Program-made: the position numbers and the translations under genes
Shown here: piece by piece, positions 27,525 to 38,574 of the stretch
How the letters are laid out: each line of letters opens with the position of its first letter
How positions within the stretch are numbered: position 1 is the stretch's first letter
Assembly (NCBI GenBank): GCA_030608465.1
Contig: JAUWEC010000001.1
Span: forward strand, 1-52,361
Origin: Chloroflexota bacterium
GTDB lineage: Bacteria > Chloroflexota > Anaerolineae > Anaerolineales > UBA11858
DNA length: 52,361 bases
Direction of reading: 5' to 3'
The notes under the pieces: generated by a model
Databases searched by the model: none
Seen by the model: only the letters and a program-made list of their open reading frames with translations
Told to the model about the DNA's origin: nothing

Positions 27525-28361
27525 TTACGAATTGTCCTCTTCAAATAACTCTTCTGCGGGGGGTTGGAGCAGCACAATTGTGATATTGTCGTGTCCGCCC
27601 CGCAGATTTGCCAGATCTACCAGTTTTTGCAGCTGTTCATCGTGAGTGTCGTCCCCCTGAAGGATTTCAAGAATTTCCTCATCCGCAACCAGGTCAGAAA
27701 GACCATCCGTACAGAGAATAATCTGGTCCATCGGCAGTAACGGAAGTCCCTGATTTGCTTTCGCCTGCTCCATGTTCTCATAGTCTGCCAAATATAAACG
27801 GAGGTCTGGTTTAATCGGATCCGAAGAACCAAGATAGCTGCGGATTAGATGTCTGCGGGGATGACTGCGGGCTTCCTCGGAGTTAATAACACCTACATCT
27901 AGCGCTTCTTGTACCCAGGTATGATCGATATTCAACTGGCGGATTACGTTATCCCGAATCAGGTAGATTCTTGAGTCTCCCAGGGTCGCAATATAAAGTG
28001 CAGTGTCGATGATCAGGGCGCATGCTACCGTCGAGCCCATTCCTTTTCTTTTATCATCTTCAGCTGCTTCTGCGGTAATGCTGTGATTGGCTTCCAGGAG
28101 AGCACTTTTGAGTACCCACTGGGGATCACCCACATCGCTTTCAGAGACAGATTCGATGATAGTTTCAACGGCGACTCTAGAGGCGATCTCACCTGCTTTA
28201 TGCCCGCCAATTCCATCAGCTACCACAGAGAGCAAGACAGGCGTATCATCATCGCTAATAGTAAATGAAGTAATCTGATAGGAATCTTCATTTAATCTGC
28301 CCTGGCTACCCGGGTCTGTAATGGCTGCTGTATCGAGGTGATTTTGTTTACTCGGGATCAA
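27525..28361 (-). CDS. PP2C-family serine/threonine protein phosphatase
   Basis: Motifs RLNEDSY, VADGIGGHKAGEIAS, LGDSRIYL, CTDGLSD, GGHDNITIV. TTG start overlaps the stop of the FHA gene (TTGA). Confidence 0.9.
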   Translation of the reverse strand: MIPSKQNHLDTAAITDPGSQGRLNEDSYQITSFTISDDDTPVLLSVVADGIGGHKAGEIASRVAVETIIESVSESDVGDPQWVLKSALLEANHSITAEAAEDDKRKGMGSTVACALIIDTALYIATLGDSRIYLIRDNVIRQLNIDHTWVQEALDVGVINSEEARSHPRRHLIRSYLGSSDPIKPDLRLYLADYENMEQAKANQGLPLLPMDQIILCTDGLSDLVADEEILEILQGDDTHDEQLQKLVDLANLRGGHDNITIVLLQPPAEELFEEDNS

Positions 28362-30289
28362 GTTTTTTTCTCCTCGGTGATAGGTAAGTTACTTGCCCTA
28401 TCCATTACCTGATATCGGAATCCAGCTTCTCCGATGTGTATGATATCACCATCTTTGAGTGGATGGGGCTTGTTGCTCAAAATCTGTTTGTAGTTAATCC
28501 AGGTGCCTGCTGGAGATCCTTCGTCTGTAATAACGAATTCTCCGCCCGGTTGGACAGTAATGCGGGCATGCAGTTTTGCTACAGAGGGATGTGGGATATT
28601 GATAATTCCAGGAGAAGGGTCATTTCCCATGATGACATCGTCTTGCCATCCCCGAATTGGTTCAGGTATCTGCTGCTGTATTACATCACTGATAGGAACT
28701 AATCGGAAAGTTTTATTTTTCTTGATCTCGAGAAAGTCTAGGTCACTTGAGCCGCTGATAAACTCTCCGGTTTGAGTGATTTTCTTAAGTTGAGGATTGT
28801 TATTTTGCTCCAACCCGTCTCTCTTGAAAAACCGATTTCTTCCAAAATTTAATTCAGGTTTGATTGTCCCTTTTGAAATTAATATAAACAACAGTATACC
28901 CAGGATAAGTACGAGTGCCAGCCCAGCAAAAGCTGCAGCATTATCTACCATGATTGTGCTGATAGATGGAGAAGGAATGTCTATGATAACCTCTATCGGA
29001 GTTTGCATACTCTGTTTGCTGAGACCGAGAAGATCTACTGCTTCAATTGTGAGGTAGTGGAGAGCACTGTTCTCATACTGGCTGAGATCCCAAACAAAAT
29101 GATCATAAGGTTCCGTGGTTAATCTGGAAACTACTTCCCCATCCACCCGGAAGATGACTTCCTCAAGCTCTCGCGGATGATGATCAGGAAACTCAACGAT
29201 TACATCAAGTGTAATTGATTCGGGGACAAATTCAGTAATGGGAGAAGCTTCATTTTCAGCTTGAACCATTTTTCGGAGAATAACCCGGGGCGGGGAGATG
29301 AATATGGGGTTTGGGGGTTGTACATCTAGGAAAAACTCCCTTTGCCCTTCACTCTCACCCAAATTTGAAGATATTGTTATCTCCAGGGTATGGGAGCCTG
29401 AGGTAACGATTTGAGATTGATAATTTATCAAATAGGTGCTTCGCAGTGGAGCAAATAACCTGACAAAGTCAGGAAGGGGTTCATCACCAGAAAAGGTGGA
29501 ATAATTTCCATTTGTTTCCGCTGATAAGCCTTCTAGTACTTCCGCACCTGTTGATGAAAAGAAAGCCAGCGAAGATACCAGGATTGTATAAACCATAACC
29601 TGACTATCTCTAGCCCTTGAGACTAAACTTTCAATTGCTGCAGTCCCTGCCGGGGTAGAAGGGGGTGTAAACAGCAGGACAACCCGTTTCATTCCCAGTT
29701 GATCAACAGGATCCGAGGCGATTTCAATTGCCCTTGCCAGGACATTAAAATTAGGTTCCGTTTCCCTCAGATCTGGTGAATAATCTTCCAGGGCAGTAAT
29801 GAAATCCTCTCTGTTGTCCAAGTGGGTCAATTCAATACCATCATTGGTAATTAAGCTCAAATCATCCGGGGAAGATGAGGGAGTCTGATTTGCCCAGTCC
29901 AGCAGAGCTTCTGATATGTAATTAAATCGTGATTTCCCGCTGATGTCCTGGATAGCAAAAGGAGTTGAGATATTTATTGCTGTAACCAGTTGAATACCAG
30001 GTGTAAGGGCTTTAAAATCCAGGAATTCTTTTTCAATTCCATCTTCTCTCAGCGTAACCTGATCTTCAAGTAAATCTGTGATCAACCTTCCGTCCCTCTC
30101 GGTGATATCGAAGCATACTGTCATGAAGGGGAACTCCGCAGTATCAGGAGGGGAGATATCCACTACTCTACCAGCCTGTGCTCCCGCAGTAACGGTGGTG
30201 CACAGTAAGCTGATCCAGACCAAAAACACTCTTAGATAGTTCTTTTTTGACTGTGATTTTATCATTATTGACCTAAGCCATTGTACCAA
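28358..30289 (-). CDS. Bitopic FHA-domain protein with an N-terminal VWA-like ectodomain
   Basis: Signal/TM at the N-terminus. The ectodomain has a VWA-like layout but a degenerate MIDAS (AINISTPF in place of DxSxS; VVLLFTPPS). TM helix AAAFAGLALVLILGILLFILI. Cytoplasmic C-terminal FHA (GSPAGTWINYKQI...LKDGDIIHIGEAGFRYQ). Start is either TTG 30289 or ATG 30265. Confidence 0.85.
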   Translation of the reverse strand: MVQWLRSIMIKSQSKKNYLRVFLVWISLLCTTVTAGAQAGRVVDISPPDTAEFPFMTVCFDITERDGRLITDLLEDQVTLREDGIEKEFLDFKALTPGIQLVTAINISTPFAIQDISGKSRFNYISEALLDWANQTPSSSPDDLSLITNDGIELTHLDNREDFITALEDYSPDLRETEPNFNVLARAIEIASDPVDQLGMKRVVLLFTPPSTPAGTAAIESLVSRARDSQVMVYTILVSSLAFFSSTGAEVLEGLSAETNGNYSTFSGDEPLPDFVRLFAPLRSTYLINYQSQIVTSGSHTLEITISSNLGESEGQREFFLDVQPPNPIFISPPRVILRKMVQAENEASPITEFVPESITLDVIVEFPDHHPRELEEVIFRVDGEVVSRLTTEPYDHFVWDLSQYENSALHYLTIEAVDLLGLSKQSMQTPIEVIIDIPSPSISTIMVDNAAAFAGLALVLILGILLFILISKGTIKPELNFGRNRFFKRDGLEQNNNPQLKKITQTGEFISGSSDLDFLEIKKNKTFRLVPISDVIQQQIPEPIRGWQDDVIMGNDPSPGIINIPHPSVAKLHARITVQPGGEFVITDEGSPAGTWINYKQILSNKPHPLKDGDIIHIGEAGFRYQVMDRASNLPITEEKKT

Positions 30290-30435
30290 AACAAGTTTAA
30301 AAACCGGCTTACTGTTTTTTTAGGAGATCTGGATTAGCCTGGAACGGATCAAAGGATAAATGGGGTAGGGTGTGATAAAATTTGTTGTGTTGAAAACACA
30401 GCCCATTCGTTTGTGAAATTTGCAATTTATTATTC

Positions 30436-31107
30436 ATGACTGAATTTATTCTGGCATCAAAATCACCCAGGCGGCGTATGCTGCTCCGGAATCTAATAAA
30501 TCATTTTATCGTTATGGAAACGGATATTGATGAGATCACTCAACCTGGAGAATATCCTTCCGATTTTGTACTCAGATTAGCATCAGAAAAGGCATTTGCT
30601 GCCGGAAAAAAACTGGATGAGCAGTTGCTTCAAGGTGTGGTTGTGATCGCTGCCGATACAATTGTTGTTGACAGGGAAAAGACCCTAGGGAAACCAAACG
30701 ACGCGGCAGATGCAAAAAAAATCTTAGACCAGCTAAGGGATAGAACTCATCAGGTTTTGTCTGGGATAGCAGTATATCAACTCGAAACCCAGCAAATCCG
30801 ATCCAGAATAGTTCTTACAGAAGTTAGGATGAGAAACTATAGTGAAAAAGAAGTCCAGAAATATATAAATAGCGGTGATCCTTTTGATAAAGCAGGTGCT
30901 TATGCCATCCAGAATGACTCGTTTAATCCGGCACCCGATTTTAAAGGATGTTTTGCCAATGTGATGGGTTTACCGCTCTGTCACCTTTCGTTGTTAATGA
31001 GAGATGCAAATCTGGAAATTGATTCAAGGGTGGCGGACCGCTGCCAGGAATCGATTCACTATCAGTGCCCGGTTTATTCCCAAATATTAGCCGGAGAGAA
31101 TGGATAA
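30436..31107 (+). CDS. maf: Maf-family nucleoside triphosphate pyrophosphatase
   Basis: ILASKSPRRRMLL N-terminus, ADTIVV, and GAYAIQ motifs. Confidence 0.9.
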   Translation: MTEFILASKSPRRRMLLRNLINHFIVMETDIDEITQPGEYPSDFVLRLASEKAFAAGKKLDEQLLQGVVVIAADTIVVDREKTLGKPNDAADAKKILDQLRDRTHQVLSGIAVYQLETQQIRSRIVLTEVRMRNYSEKEVQKYINSGDPFDKAGAYAIQNDSFNPAPDFKGCFANVMGLPLCHLSLLMRDANLEIDSRVADRCQESIHYQCPVYSQILAGENG

Positions 31108-31127
31108 TAGATAATGAGTGATTTGAT

Positions 31128-33341
31128 ATGAAAAAAAGATTAATACTTTTATTCATCCTGGTGTCCCTTGTGGGATGTAACAAGTCAAGTTCCGAAGCCA
31201 CTCAAACGGAAGAATTTACTCCCACCCCGGGCTTGGCAACGCCGGTAGTGCAAACAACTCAAACCCCCGATGTGGAAATAACCGCTGTGGATTTCCTGAA
31301 CAGTTGGAAGGAAAGTGATTTTCAGGCTATGTATGAGCTGTTGAATCCTGCAAGTCAAGCCTTAATCAGCGAGGAAGAGTTTTCTCAACAGTATCATGAT
31401 TTTGCTGTGGAACTTGCCTTGGAAACCCTAGATTATCGGATTTTGTCTTCCTTTATTGATCCTACTCAAGCTCAGGTTGCGATATCCGTAGATTACAACA
31501 GCCGGCTGATAGATGATCTATCCCGGGAAATTATCCTTATGCTCGCTCTGGCAGAAGGTGAATGGAAAATTGAGTGGTCAAAAGCTCTAATTTTCCCGGA
31601 ACTGGAAGGTGAGAATCAACTGCAGCTTACTAGAATTGTTCCCTCCCGGGGTAATATTTATGACCGGGATGGCAGTGTGATCGTGGCCTATGCGGAAGCT
31701 GTTTCTCTGGGAATCACTCCTTCACAAATTAAATCTAAAGAAGAAGAAAATTTACTGGAGGAATTGGGCAGGGATCTTGATATACCGCCGGAAGTCATTG
31801 CTGCAATGTATGAAGATTTTCCCCCTGATGTAGATTGGTATATCCCGTTGGGTGCAATTTCGATGGATACAATTGAAGGACGGTTGGGAATCCTTCAGTC
31901 TTATACAACTACTGGTCTTTTGCTCAGGACTTTTGATGGCCGGTATTATTTTAGCGGTGGAATTGCGCCTCAGTCTATAGGATATGTGCGCTGGATACAA
32001 GAGGCTGAAGAAGATGATTACAGGATCCTTGGCTATTCCAGGGATGAAAAAGTCGGCGGACAGGGTTTGGAAAGTTGGGGGGAACCTTACCTGAGCGGGG
32101 ACAGGGGAGGGATCCTCTACGTGGTGGATGGAGAAGGTGAGATACTATCCCAGCTAGCAAGAGCGGAAGCCGGTCCAGCATCAGAAATTTACACTACAAT
32201 CGAAAAAGAATTCCAGCTGGAAGTGCAGAAAGCCATGTATGGATATAATGGCGCAATTGTGGTCCTGGAATTGGATACCGGACGTGTTTTAGCCATGGTT
32301 TCCAATCCACACTTTGACCCCAATGCCTTTAATTCCTATTATTTCAACTCTAACTTCCTGCTGCAGGAATACTATAAAACAGATCGGAAATCACCCTTCC
32401 TGAACCGGGCTACCCAGGGTTTATACCCACTTGGATCTGTATTTAAGATTATTACCATGGCAGCGGGTTTAGAAAGCGGTGAATTCCAAGCGGGTGATAA
32501 ATACGACTGTGGATATTTTTTTGAGGAACTGGGTGGGGTGACACTGACAGATTGGACATACGATCACTTTCTTGAAGATGACGAAACGCCTCCCAGCGGT
32601 GTTTTAACACTCACTGAAGGGTTAATGCGCTCCTGCAACCCGTATTTTTGGCATATCGGATTGGATCTATACCGGAAAGGTCTTACGGATGCGGTGTCTG
32701 AAATGGCGAAAGGTTTTGGCCTGGGATCGCTGACAGGAATCGGGACAATTGAAGAAGAAGCTGGAAATATTCCTCTTCCGCAATCTGAATTAGATGCCAC
32801 AAATTTCGCGATAGGTCAGGGAGACACCCTGGTAACCCCCCTCCAGGTTGCTCAATTTATTGCCGCCCTTGGTAACGGAGGCACTATCTATAGACCCCAA
32901 TTTGTAGAGAGCATCAGAACCTCAGGAGGAGAAGAGATCTTTTCCTTTGAGCCCCAGGCAGTAAGTGAACTGCCAATCAGCAACACCAACCTGAACATTA
33001 TTAAAAATGCCATGGTGCAAGTGGTTGATAATCCCCGGGGTACAGCGAATCACCGGATCCGCGGATTGCAAATATCGGTAGCAGGTAAAACAGGTACTGC
33101 CGAGTCAGGATCAGGTGAGGCACACGCCTGGTTCGCAGGTTATACAAATAACCAGAATGAAAACAAGCCCGATATCGCAGTGGTTGTGATTGCCGAGAAT
33201 GCCGGGGAGGGATCAGATGTGGCTGCCCCAATTTTCCGGCGGGTCGTTGAGCTCTACTTTAACCAGGTATTGCGTTATTATCCCTGGGAAGCCGAAATCG
33301 GAGTCTGGTACGTACCGGATCCGGAAAACGGTGAAGAATAA
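31128..33341 (+). CDS. Class B penicillin-binding protein (transpeptidase) with an NTF2-like N-terminal domain
   Basis: Lipoprotein-like leader LVSLVGCNK, NTF2/MecA_N-like AVDFLNSWKESDFQAMYELL, and SxxK (SVFK), SxN (SCN), KTG (KTGTAE) motifs. Confidence 0.9.
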   Translation: MKKRLILLFILVSLVGCNKSSSEATQTEEFTPTPGLATPVVQTTQTPDVEITAVDFLNSWKESDFQAMYELLNPASQALISEEEFSQQYHDFAVELALETLDYRILSSFIDPTQAQVAISVDYNSRLIDDLSREIILMLALAEGEWKIEWSKALIFPELEGENQLQLTRIVPSRGNIYDRDGSVIVAYAEAVSLGITPSQIKSKEEENLLEELGRDLDIPPEVIAAMYEDFPPDVDWYIPLGAISMDTIEGRLGILQSYTTTGLLLRTFDGRYYFSGGIAPQSIGYVRWIQEAEEDDYRILGYSRDEKVGGQGLESWGEPYLSGDRGGILYVVDGEGEILSQLARAEAGPASEIYTTIEKEFQLEVQKAMYGYNGAIVVLELDTGRVLAMVSNPHFDPNAFNSYYFNSNFLLQEYYKTDRKSPFLNRATQGLYPLGSVFKIITMAAGLESGEFQAGDKYDCGYFFEELGGVTLTDWTYDHFLEDDETPPSGVLTLTEGLMRSCNPYFWHIGLDLYRKGLTDAVSEMAKGFGLGSLTGIGTIEEEAGNIPLPQSELDATNFAIGQGDTLVTPLQVAQFIAALGNGGTIYRPQFVESIRTSGGEEIFSFEPQAVSELPISNTNLNIIKNAMVQVVDNPRGTANHRIRGLQISVAGKTGTAESGSGEAHAWFAGYTNNQNENKPDIAVVVIAENAGEGSDVAAPIFRRVVELYFNQVLRYYPWEAEIGVWYVPDPENGEE

Positions 33342-33362
33342 TCTGATGAGGAAGGCTGCTTA

Positions 33363-34289
33363 GTGAGTGAACTCCTGCGGGGAAGAGTAATTCAGGCTCA
33401 ATCCGGTTTTTACACAGTTGAAATCGGGGAAGGTGAGTTGACCTGCCAGCTTAGAGGGCGATTAAAAAAAGGGCGCAAGACGGGGGATATCGTCGCAATT
33501 GGAGATTGGGTCCAGGTGTCCAGGCAGGACGAACGGGAAGGGATGATTGAAGAAGTTGAATCCCGCAAGAGCATGATCTACCGAATGGCACCCACGGCGA
33601 GAGGGGAATATCAACAAGTGATCATTGCCAACCTAGATCAAGCGGTTTTTGTATTTTCCATTACCCAACCGGAACCTCGGTTACGGATGTTAGATAGATT
33701 CCTGGTCATCGCGGAGAAAGAAAGTGTATCTTCAATCATTGTGGCTAACAAGATTGATTTAACCGGTATGAAAAAAGCCAGGGATCTTTTCAGTCGTTAT
33801 CAAAATATTGGATATCCGGTTTATTACACTTCAGCTGTTAATGGGCGTGGGATCAAAGCTCTTAAGAAACAATTGATAGGCATAACCAGTTTGTTCGCAG
33901 GTCCTTCCGGAGCTGGAAAAACCAGTATTTTGAACAAAATCCAGCCTGGATTGGGTTTGGAAGTGAAGGAAGTCAGCGAGGCAACGAAAAAAGGCAAGCA
34001 CGCCACAGTTTCCCGAAAACTGGTTGCCTTGAGTGGCGGAGGGTATGTAGCTGACACACCGGGATTAAAAGCACTGGATCTGTGGGATATTACACCCGAG
34101 GAAGTGGATGGCTATTTCCGGGAAATCAATAATCTGGTGGGTGATTGCCGTTTCAGCGATTGCTCCCACACCCATGAACCTGACTGTGCTGTGATAAACG
34201 CGCTTAAGAATAAACGCATCCACCCGGACCGCTACCGGTCCTATTTGCGGATGAGAGAAGTTGAAGAAGATAAAATTCCATGGTTCTAA
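33363..34289 (+). CDS. rsgA: Ribosome small-subunit-dependent GTPase A
   Basis: Circularly permuted GTPase motifs NKIDL, GPSGAGKTS, DTPG, and the zinc motif CRFSDCSHTHEPDCAV. GTG start with GGAAGG 7 nt upstream. Confidence 0.9.
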   Translation: MSELLRGRVIQAQSGFYTVEIGEGELTCQLRGRLKKGRKTGDIVAIGDWVQVSRQDEREGMIEEVESRKSMIYRMAPTARGEYQQVIIANLDQAVFVFSITQPEPRLRMLDRFLVIAEKESVSSIIVANKIDLTGMKKARDLFSRYQNIGYPVYYTSAVNGRGIKALKKQLIGITSLFAGPSGAGKTSILNKIQPGLGLEVKEVSEATKKGKHATVSRKLVALSGGGYVADTPGLKALDLWDITPEEVDGYFREINNLVGDCRFSDCSHTHEPDCAVINALKNKRIHPDRYRSYLRMREVEEDKIPWF

Positions 34290-36178
34290 AGAGCAAATAT
34301 TTCCTTTCTATCATTTTATTGTTTTTAATCCTGCTGTCTGCCTGTAAGGAAGAAGGAATCCAGGCTCTTGAGATTCCACAGTCCAGCAGAGAAGATGAAC
34401 TCTCTGGGCTGGTATTGTCTCCCGCTCCGGAAAGAACGCTGTCTATTTGCCTTGGTGATGAACCGGATTCGCTCTTTCTCTATGGGGATCAATCATCTTC
34501 CGCAAACATCATCCGCCAGGCAATTTATGATAGTCCTGTAGATGAGGTAGATTTTCAGTATTCTTCATCCCTGCTGGAGGAAATCCCCTCCCAGCTAAAT
34601 GGGTTGGTAGCTGTAGTCCCGGTGGAAGTTTTTCCCGGTGAAAAGATCGTTGATTCAAAGGGAAATATCACAATATTGGCGAGCGGTGTTGAATACCGGC
34701 CAGCTGATTGTTCGACGCCAGATTGTTTGGAAACCTATCAGAATCAATCCCCGGTAATTTTTGATCAGGTAGAGATAAGGTTCCAGATAAAATCAGGGAT
34801 TACCTGGGCAAATGGAAATCAACTGACTGCGGCTGATTCCGAGTTTTCATTTTGGACTGCAAAGGAGTTGTATGGATCCCGGGGCCCCCGAAGCATCCGC
34901 TATACTGCCAGTTACGAAGCGGTGGATGAAAGGACAATCCTCTGGAAAGGCGTGCCGGGGTTCCTGGGTATTTATTCCTATCCGGAATATTTTTTCTCAC
35001 CCCTGCCGCAGCATCTCATGGCGAATATGACAATGGAAGAGATGTTAACATCTGAGGGTACGACTCGACAACCACTAAGTTGGGGACCGTACCGGATCAC
35101 AGATTGGGTTCTTGGAGATCACATAACCCTGCTGAAAAATGAGAATTATCATTTAAATTCTGATGGGCTGCCAATTTATGACGCCCTGGTTTTCCGGTTT
35201 GTGGATAGCGGAGAGGAAGCGTTGGCGGCTTTTTTTTCCGGTGAATGCGAGATTGTTGCTAACGAAACCGGTCTCTTTGATTTCCTGCCGGAATTGTTGA
35301 TCCGGGAGCAGGAGGGAGACGTCAGGATCAACTTTATTGAAGGGAAAGCCTGGGAACAGATAAGTTTTGGAATCAATTCACTGGATTCAAAACGGGTACT
35401 GCTTCGGGATTCAAAAACCCGCCAGGCAGTCGCCCAGTGTATTAATAGAGAAAGCATTTCCGCGGAAAGAGGTGACGGGGGTTCAGTTATTGATAGTTTA
35501 TTCCTGCCCGGTGACCCGCGATTTAGCTCTCAATCTTCCGGCAATCCCTACCAGCCAGAGAGTGCAATTAAATTATTGGAGGAGATCGGCTGGGTCGATC
35601 ACGACCAAGATCAGAATACCCCCCGCATTGCGCAGGGTGTAACAGGGGTTAAGGACAGCACGCTATTCCATTTGGTTCTCTTGGCGGCTGGTGTGACCAA
35701 GGTACCCCAATCAGCAGAGTTGATCCAGCAAGATTTGAATCGCTGCGGAGTAGAAGTTGAGATTGAAATATTGCCAGCTTCTGAGCTGCTGGCTCCCGGT
35801 CCTGAAGGACCGGTTTTCGGACGGCAGTTTGATCTGGCTCAATTTGCCTGGGCGACTGGGTCTTACCAGCTTTGCCAGCTGTTTATGACTGATGAGATTC
35901 CCGGTCTCTATCCGGTTAACCCCAAAGGGTGGGGAGGCGTAAACGCACCCGGATACAGCAGCGAGGATTTTGACGCCGCCTGTGGTTTAATTCTCACCAG
36001 TTTGCCGGATTCAGAGGATATTCCGGACGCTGTTGAGAGGTTAAGGTTAATATTTGAGGCAGATTTACCAGTTCTTCCATTGTTTTTCCGGAGGAATATA
36101 ATCATCTCAACTCCGGAACTAATGGGATTGGAAAGTGGTGTGTTTCAACCATTCTGGAATATTGAGGTATTGCAATAA
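34280..36178 (+). CDS. Lipoprotein, family-5 (peptide/nickel) ABC substrate-binding protein-like
   Basis: Lipobox LLSAC. Length and scattered family-5 SBP-like segments (ITWANGNQLTAADSEFSF, WGPYRITDW...ITLLKNENY). Overlaps the rsgA end by 10 nt. Confidence 0.7.
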   Translation: MVLKSKYFLSIILLFLILLSACKEEGIQALEIPQSSREDELSGLVLSPAPERTLSICLGDEPDSLFLYGDQSSSANIIRQAIYDSPVDEVDFQYSSSLLEEIPSQLNGLVAVVPVEVFPGEKIVDSKGNITILASGVEYRPADCSTPDCLETYQNQSPVIFDQVEIRFQIKSGITWANGNQLTAADSEFSFWTAKELYGSRGPRSIRYTASYEAVDERTILWKGVPGFLGIYSYPEYFFSPLPQHLMANMTMEEMLTSEGTTRQPLSWGPYRITDWVLGDHITLLKNENYHLNSDGLPIYDALVFRFVDSGEEALAAFFSGECEIVANETGLFDFLPELLIREQEGDVRINFIEGKAWEQISFGINSLDSKRVLLRDSKTRQAVAQCINRESISAERGDGGSVIDSLFLPGDPRFSSQSSGNPYQPESAIKLLEEIGWVDHDQDQNTPRIAQGVTGVKDSTLFHLVLLAAGVTKVPQSAELIQQDLNRCGVEVEIEILPASELLAPGPEGPVFGRQFDLAQFAWATGSYQLCQLFMTDEIPGLYPVNPKGWGGVNAPGYSSEDFDAACGLILTSLPDSEDIPDAVERLRLIFEADLPVLPLFFRRNIIISTPELMGLESGVFQPFWNIEVLQ

Positions 36179-36327
36179 GATTATCCTAAGGTAAAGTGGT
36201 TTAATACCATACTTGAGAACCGTATTAATACTATTCTGGAGAATTCCTGGAGATTTAAAGGGCTTGGTATGGTAAAATGCAAAATTGGAATGTCCCTAAA
36301 TAAATTAAAAAAAATTAAGGATAGCCT

Positions 36328-36356
36328 TTGTATTTTACAACCCAACCCGATATAAT
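36328..36356 (+). promoter_or_regulatory. Sigma-70-type promoter candidate for the peptide ABC operon
   Basis: TTGTAT (36328-36333), a 17-nt spacer, then TATAAT (36351-36356), about 85 nt upstream of the oppD start. Confidence 0.4.
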
Positions 36357-36442
36357 TAATATCTATGTTTTCCGGGATGTGAATAGCAGCATTTTGAAAG
36401 ATATTTTACAGTGAAAATTCAAGGGAGCAGGAGGCATTAAAA

Positions 36443-37438
36443 TTGGAAGATAGAGAAGTTATTCTTGATATTCAAAACCTGAGGACGACATTTAATACAC
36501 AAGAAGGTCTAGTCCATGCAGTAAACGGCATCTCTTATCAGCTTCACGCGGGGGAAACAATAGGTGTCGTAGGAGAAAGTGGATGTGGGAAAAGTGTTTC
36601 AATGCTCTCCGTTTTGCGGCTTTTAGAGATTCCCCCCGCAGCCATTAAGGCAGATTCCATTAATTTCAAGGGCGAAAATCTATTAGATTTTCCAGATCAT
36701 GAAATGCGCAAGATCAGGGGCAGCAAAATCGCCATGATCTTTCAGGATCCAATGACATCATTGAATCCGGTTTTAACCATTGGATTCCAGATCAAGGAAC
36801 CTCTAAAATTGCACCTGGGCATGGATGGTGAAGCGGCTGAGAATAGGGCAGGAGAATTATTAAAACTGGTAGGAATTCCGGACGCGGATAGCCGCCTAGC
36901 TGATTATCCCCACCAGTTCTCTGGCGGTATGCGTCAGCGGGCGATGATTGCTATCGCGTTAGCGTGCAATCCTACCTTATTAATTGCCGATGAACCAACC
37001 ACTGCCCTGGATGTGACCATCCAGGCTCAACTGGTAGAGCTGGTTAAAGAACTTCAAGATAAACTGGGAATGGCATTGATCTGGATCACTCATGACCTCG
37101 GCGTTGTTGCTGGATTGGCTGAACGTGTGATAGTGATGTATGCAGGATTTGTTGTGGAAGATGCGCCGGTTGATTCGCTCTATGAAGATCCCCGACATCC
37201 TTATACCTTCGCGCTCCTGAAATCCCTCCCGAAATTGCACGAAAAACCAGGTGAACAGTTGGAGACTATTGAAGGACTGCCGCCTGATTTGCTGGAACTT
37301 CCCGCTGGATGTCCTTTTGTCCCCCGCTGTGCTTTTGTAAAAGATAAATGCAGGACTGAAAACCCGGGCTTAGAAGAAATCTCCTTGGACCATAAGATCG
37401 CCTGCTGGGTTGATATCAAGACAGGAGAACTTCGATGA
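36443..37438 (+). CDS. oppD: Oligopeptide/dipeptide ABC transporter ATP-binding protein (OppD/DppD type)
   Basis: Walker A GESGCGKS, signature FSGGMRQR, Walker [13 protein letters not shown], and a C-terminal oligopeptide-type extension with CPFVPRC. TTG start with GGAGCAGGAGG upstream. Confidence 0.9.
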   Translation: MEDREVILDIQNLRTTFNTQEGLVHAVNGISYQLHAGETIGVVGESGCGKSVSMLSVLRLLEIPPAAIKADSINFKGENLLDFPDHEMRKIRGSKIAMIFQDPMTSLNPVLTIGFQIKEPLKLHLGMDGEAAENRAGELLKLVGIPDADSRLADYPHQFSGGMRQRAMIAIALACNPTLLIADEPTTALDVTIQAQLVELVKELQDKLGMALIWITHDLGVVAGLAERVIVMYAGFVVEDAPVDSLYEDPRHPYTFALLKSLPKLHEKPGEQLETIEGLPPDLLELPAGCPFVPRCAFVKDKCRTENPGLEEISLDHKIACWVDIKTGELR

Positions 37439-38436
37439 GTGATAATAATACGCTGGTACGGGTTGAGAAGTTAGTAAAACATTTCCCAATTACCCGGGGA
37501 ATTGTATTTCAAAAACAGGTTGGGGCAGTAAGGGCAGTAGATGATGTAAGTTTTGACATAAGAAAAGGGGAAACTCTAGGATTGGTTGGGGAGAGCGGCT
37601 GCGGAAAGACCACCACCGGGCGGACAATCCTTCAGCTGCACAAACCCACTTCGGGAGATGTATATTTCCGCGATATTAATTTGGTTGAAGCAAATGATGG
37701 AACAATCAGGGAATTAAGACGGGATATGCAGATCATTTTCCAGGATCCATATGCATCTTTGAATCCCAGGATGACCGTAGGACGGATCATTGCCGAACCC
37801 CTGGATGTGCATAATATTGGTAAACCTAACGAAAGAAATGATAGGGTTCAGGAACTGCTGAAACTGGTGGGGTTAAATCCTTACTTTGTAAACCGCTATC
37901 CGCATGAGTTCTCCGGAGGACAGCGGCAGCGCATCGGTGTTGCCCGGGCTCTGGCATTAAATCCTGAATTCATTGTTTGTGATGAACCCATTTCTGCCCT
38001 GGATGTGTCCATCCAGGCCCAGGTGGTAAACCTGCTGGAAGAATTACAGCAAGAGTTGGGTTTAACTTATTTATTTATTGCCCATGATTTGAGCATGGTA
38101 CGCCATATTTCAAACCGCATCGCGGTGATGTATCTGGGTAAGATTGTGGAGCTTGCTCCCCGGGATGTGTTGTTTGCCAACACCCTTCATCCCTATTCGA
38201 TTGCTTTGCTGTCTGCAGTTCCCCTGCATAACCCGGCAGCCGAGCGGGCGCGGAAAAGAATTATTCTCTTGGGAGATGTGCCCAGCCCGGCAAATCCCCC
38301 CTCGGGCTGCCGTTTTCATACCCGCTGTCCTATTGCGGAAAAACGCTGTGAAGTGGAGGATCCTGAATGGCGGGAATACGAAAAAGGTCACTGGGTATCG
38401 TGTCATTTTGTTGAAAAAGCCCAGCAAAAAATGTAG
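37435..38436 (+). CDS. oppF: Oligopeptide/dipeptide ABC transporter ATP-binding protein (OppF/DppF type)
   Basis: [29 protein letters not shown], and C-terminal [12 protein letters not shown] overlap with oppD. Confidence 0.9.
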   Translation: MSDNNTLVRVEKLVKHFPITRGIVFQKQVGAVRAVDDVSFDIRKGETLGLVGESGCGKTTTGRTILQLHKPTSGDVYFRDINLVEANDGTIRELRRDMQIIFQDPYASLNPRMTVGRIIAEPLDVHNIGKPNERNDRVQELLKLVGLNPYFVNRYPHEFSGGQRQRIGVARALALNPEFIVCDEPISALDVSIQAQVVNLLEELQQELGLTYLFIAHDLSMVRHISNRIAVMYLGKIVELAPRDVLFANTLHPYSIALLSAVPLHNPAAERARKRIILLGDVPSPANPPSGCRFHTRCPIAEKRCEVEDPEWREYEKGHWVSCHFVEKAQQKM

Positions 38437-38574
38437 GATCCTGTTTGAGAAAATTTCTATGCTAAACTATAAGTAGGAAAAATATTTGAAAAGGAGGTGA
38501 TGTCCACTCGAAATACTTACGGTAACAGCCCATATTAGATTGAATATCATTATTTATGAAGGAGAAGAAAAACA

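Noticed and set aside
36179-36442. 264-nt leader before oppD as a possible riboswitch, T-box or leader peptide (29-codon ORF from 36269)
   Set aside because: I could not find any recognisable riboswitch core, specifier/T-box motif or terminator/antiterminator pair. The small ORF overlaps the predicted promoter and has only a weak SD.
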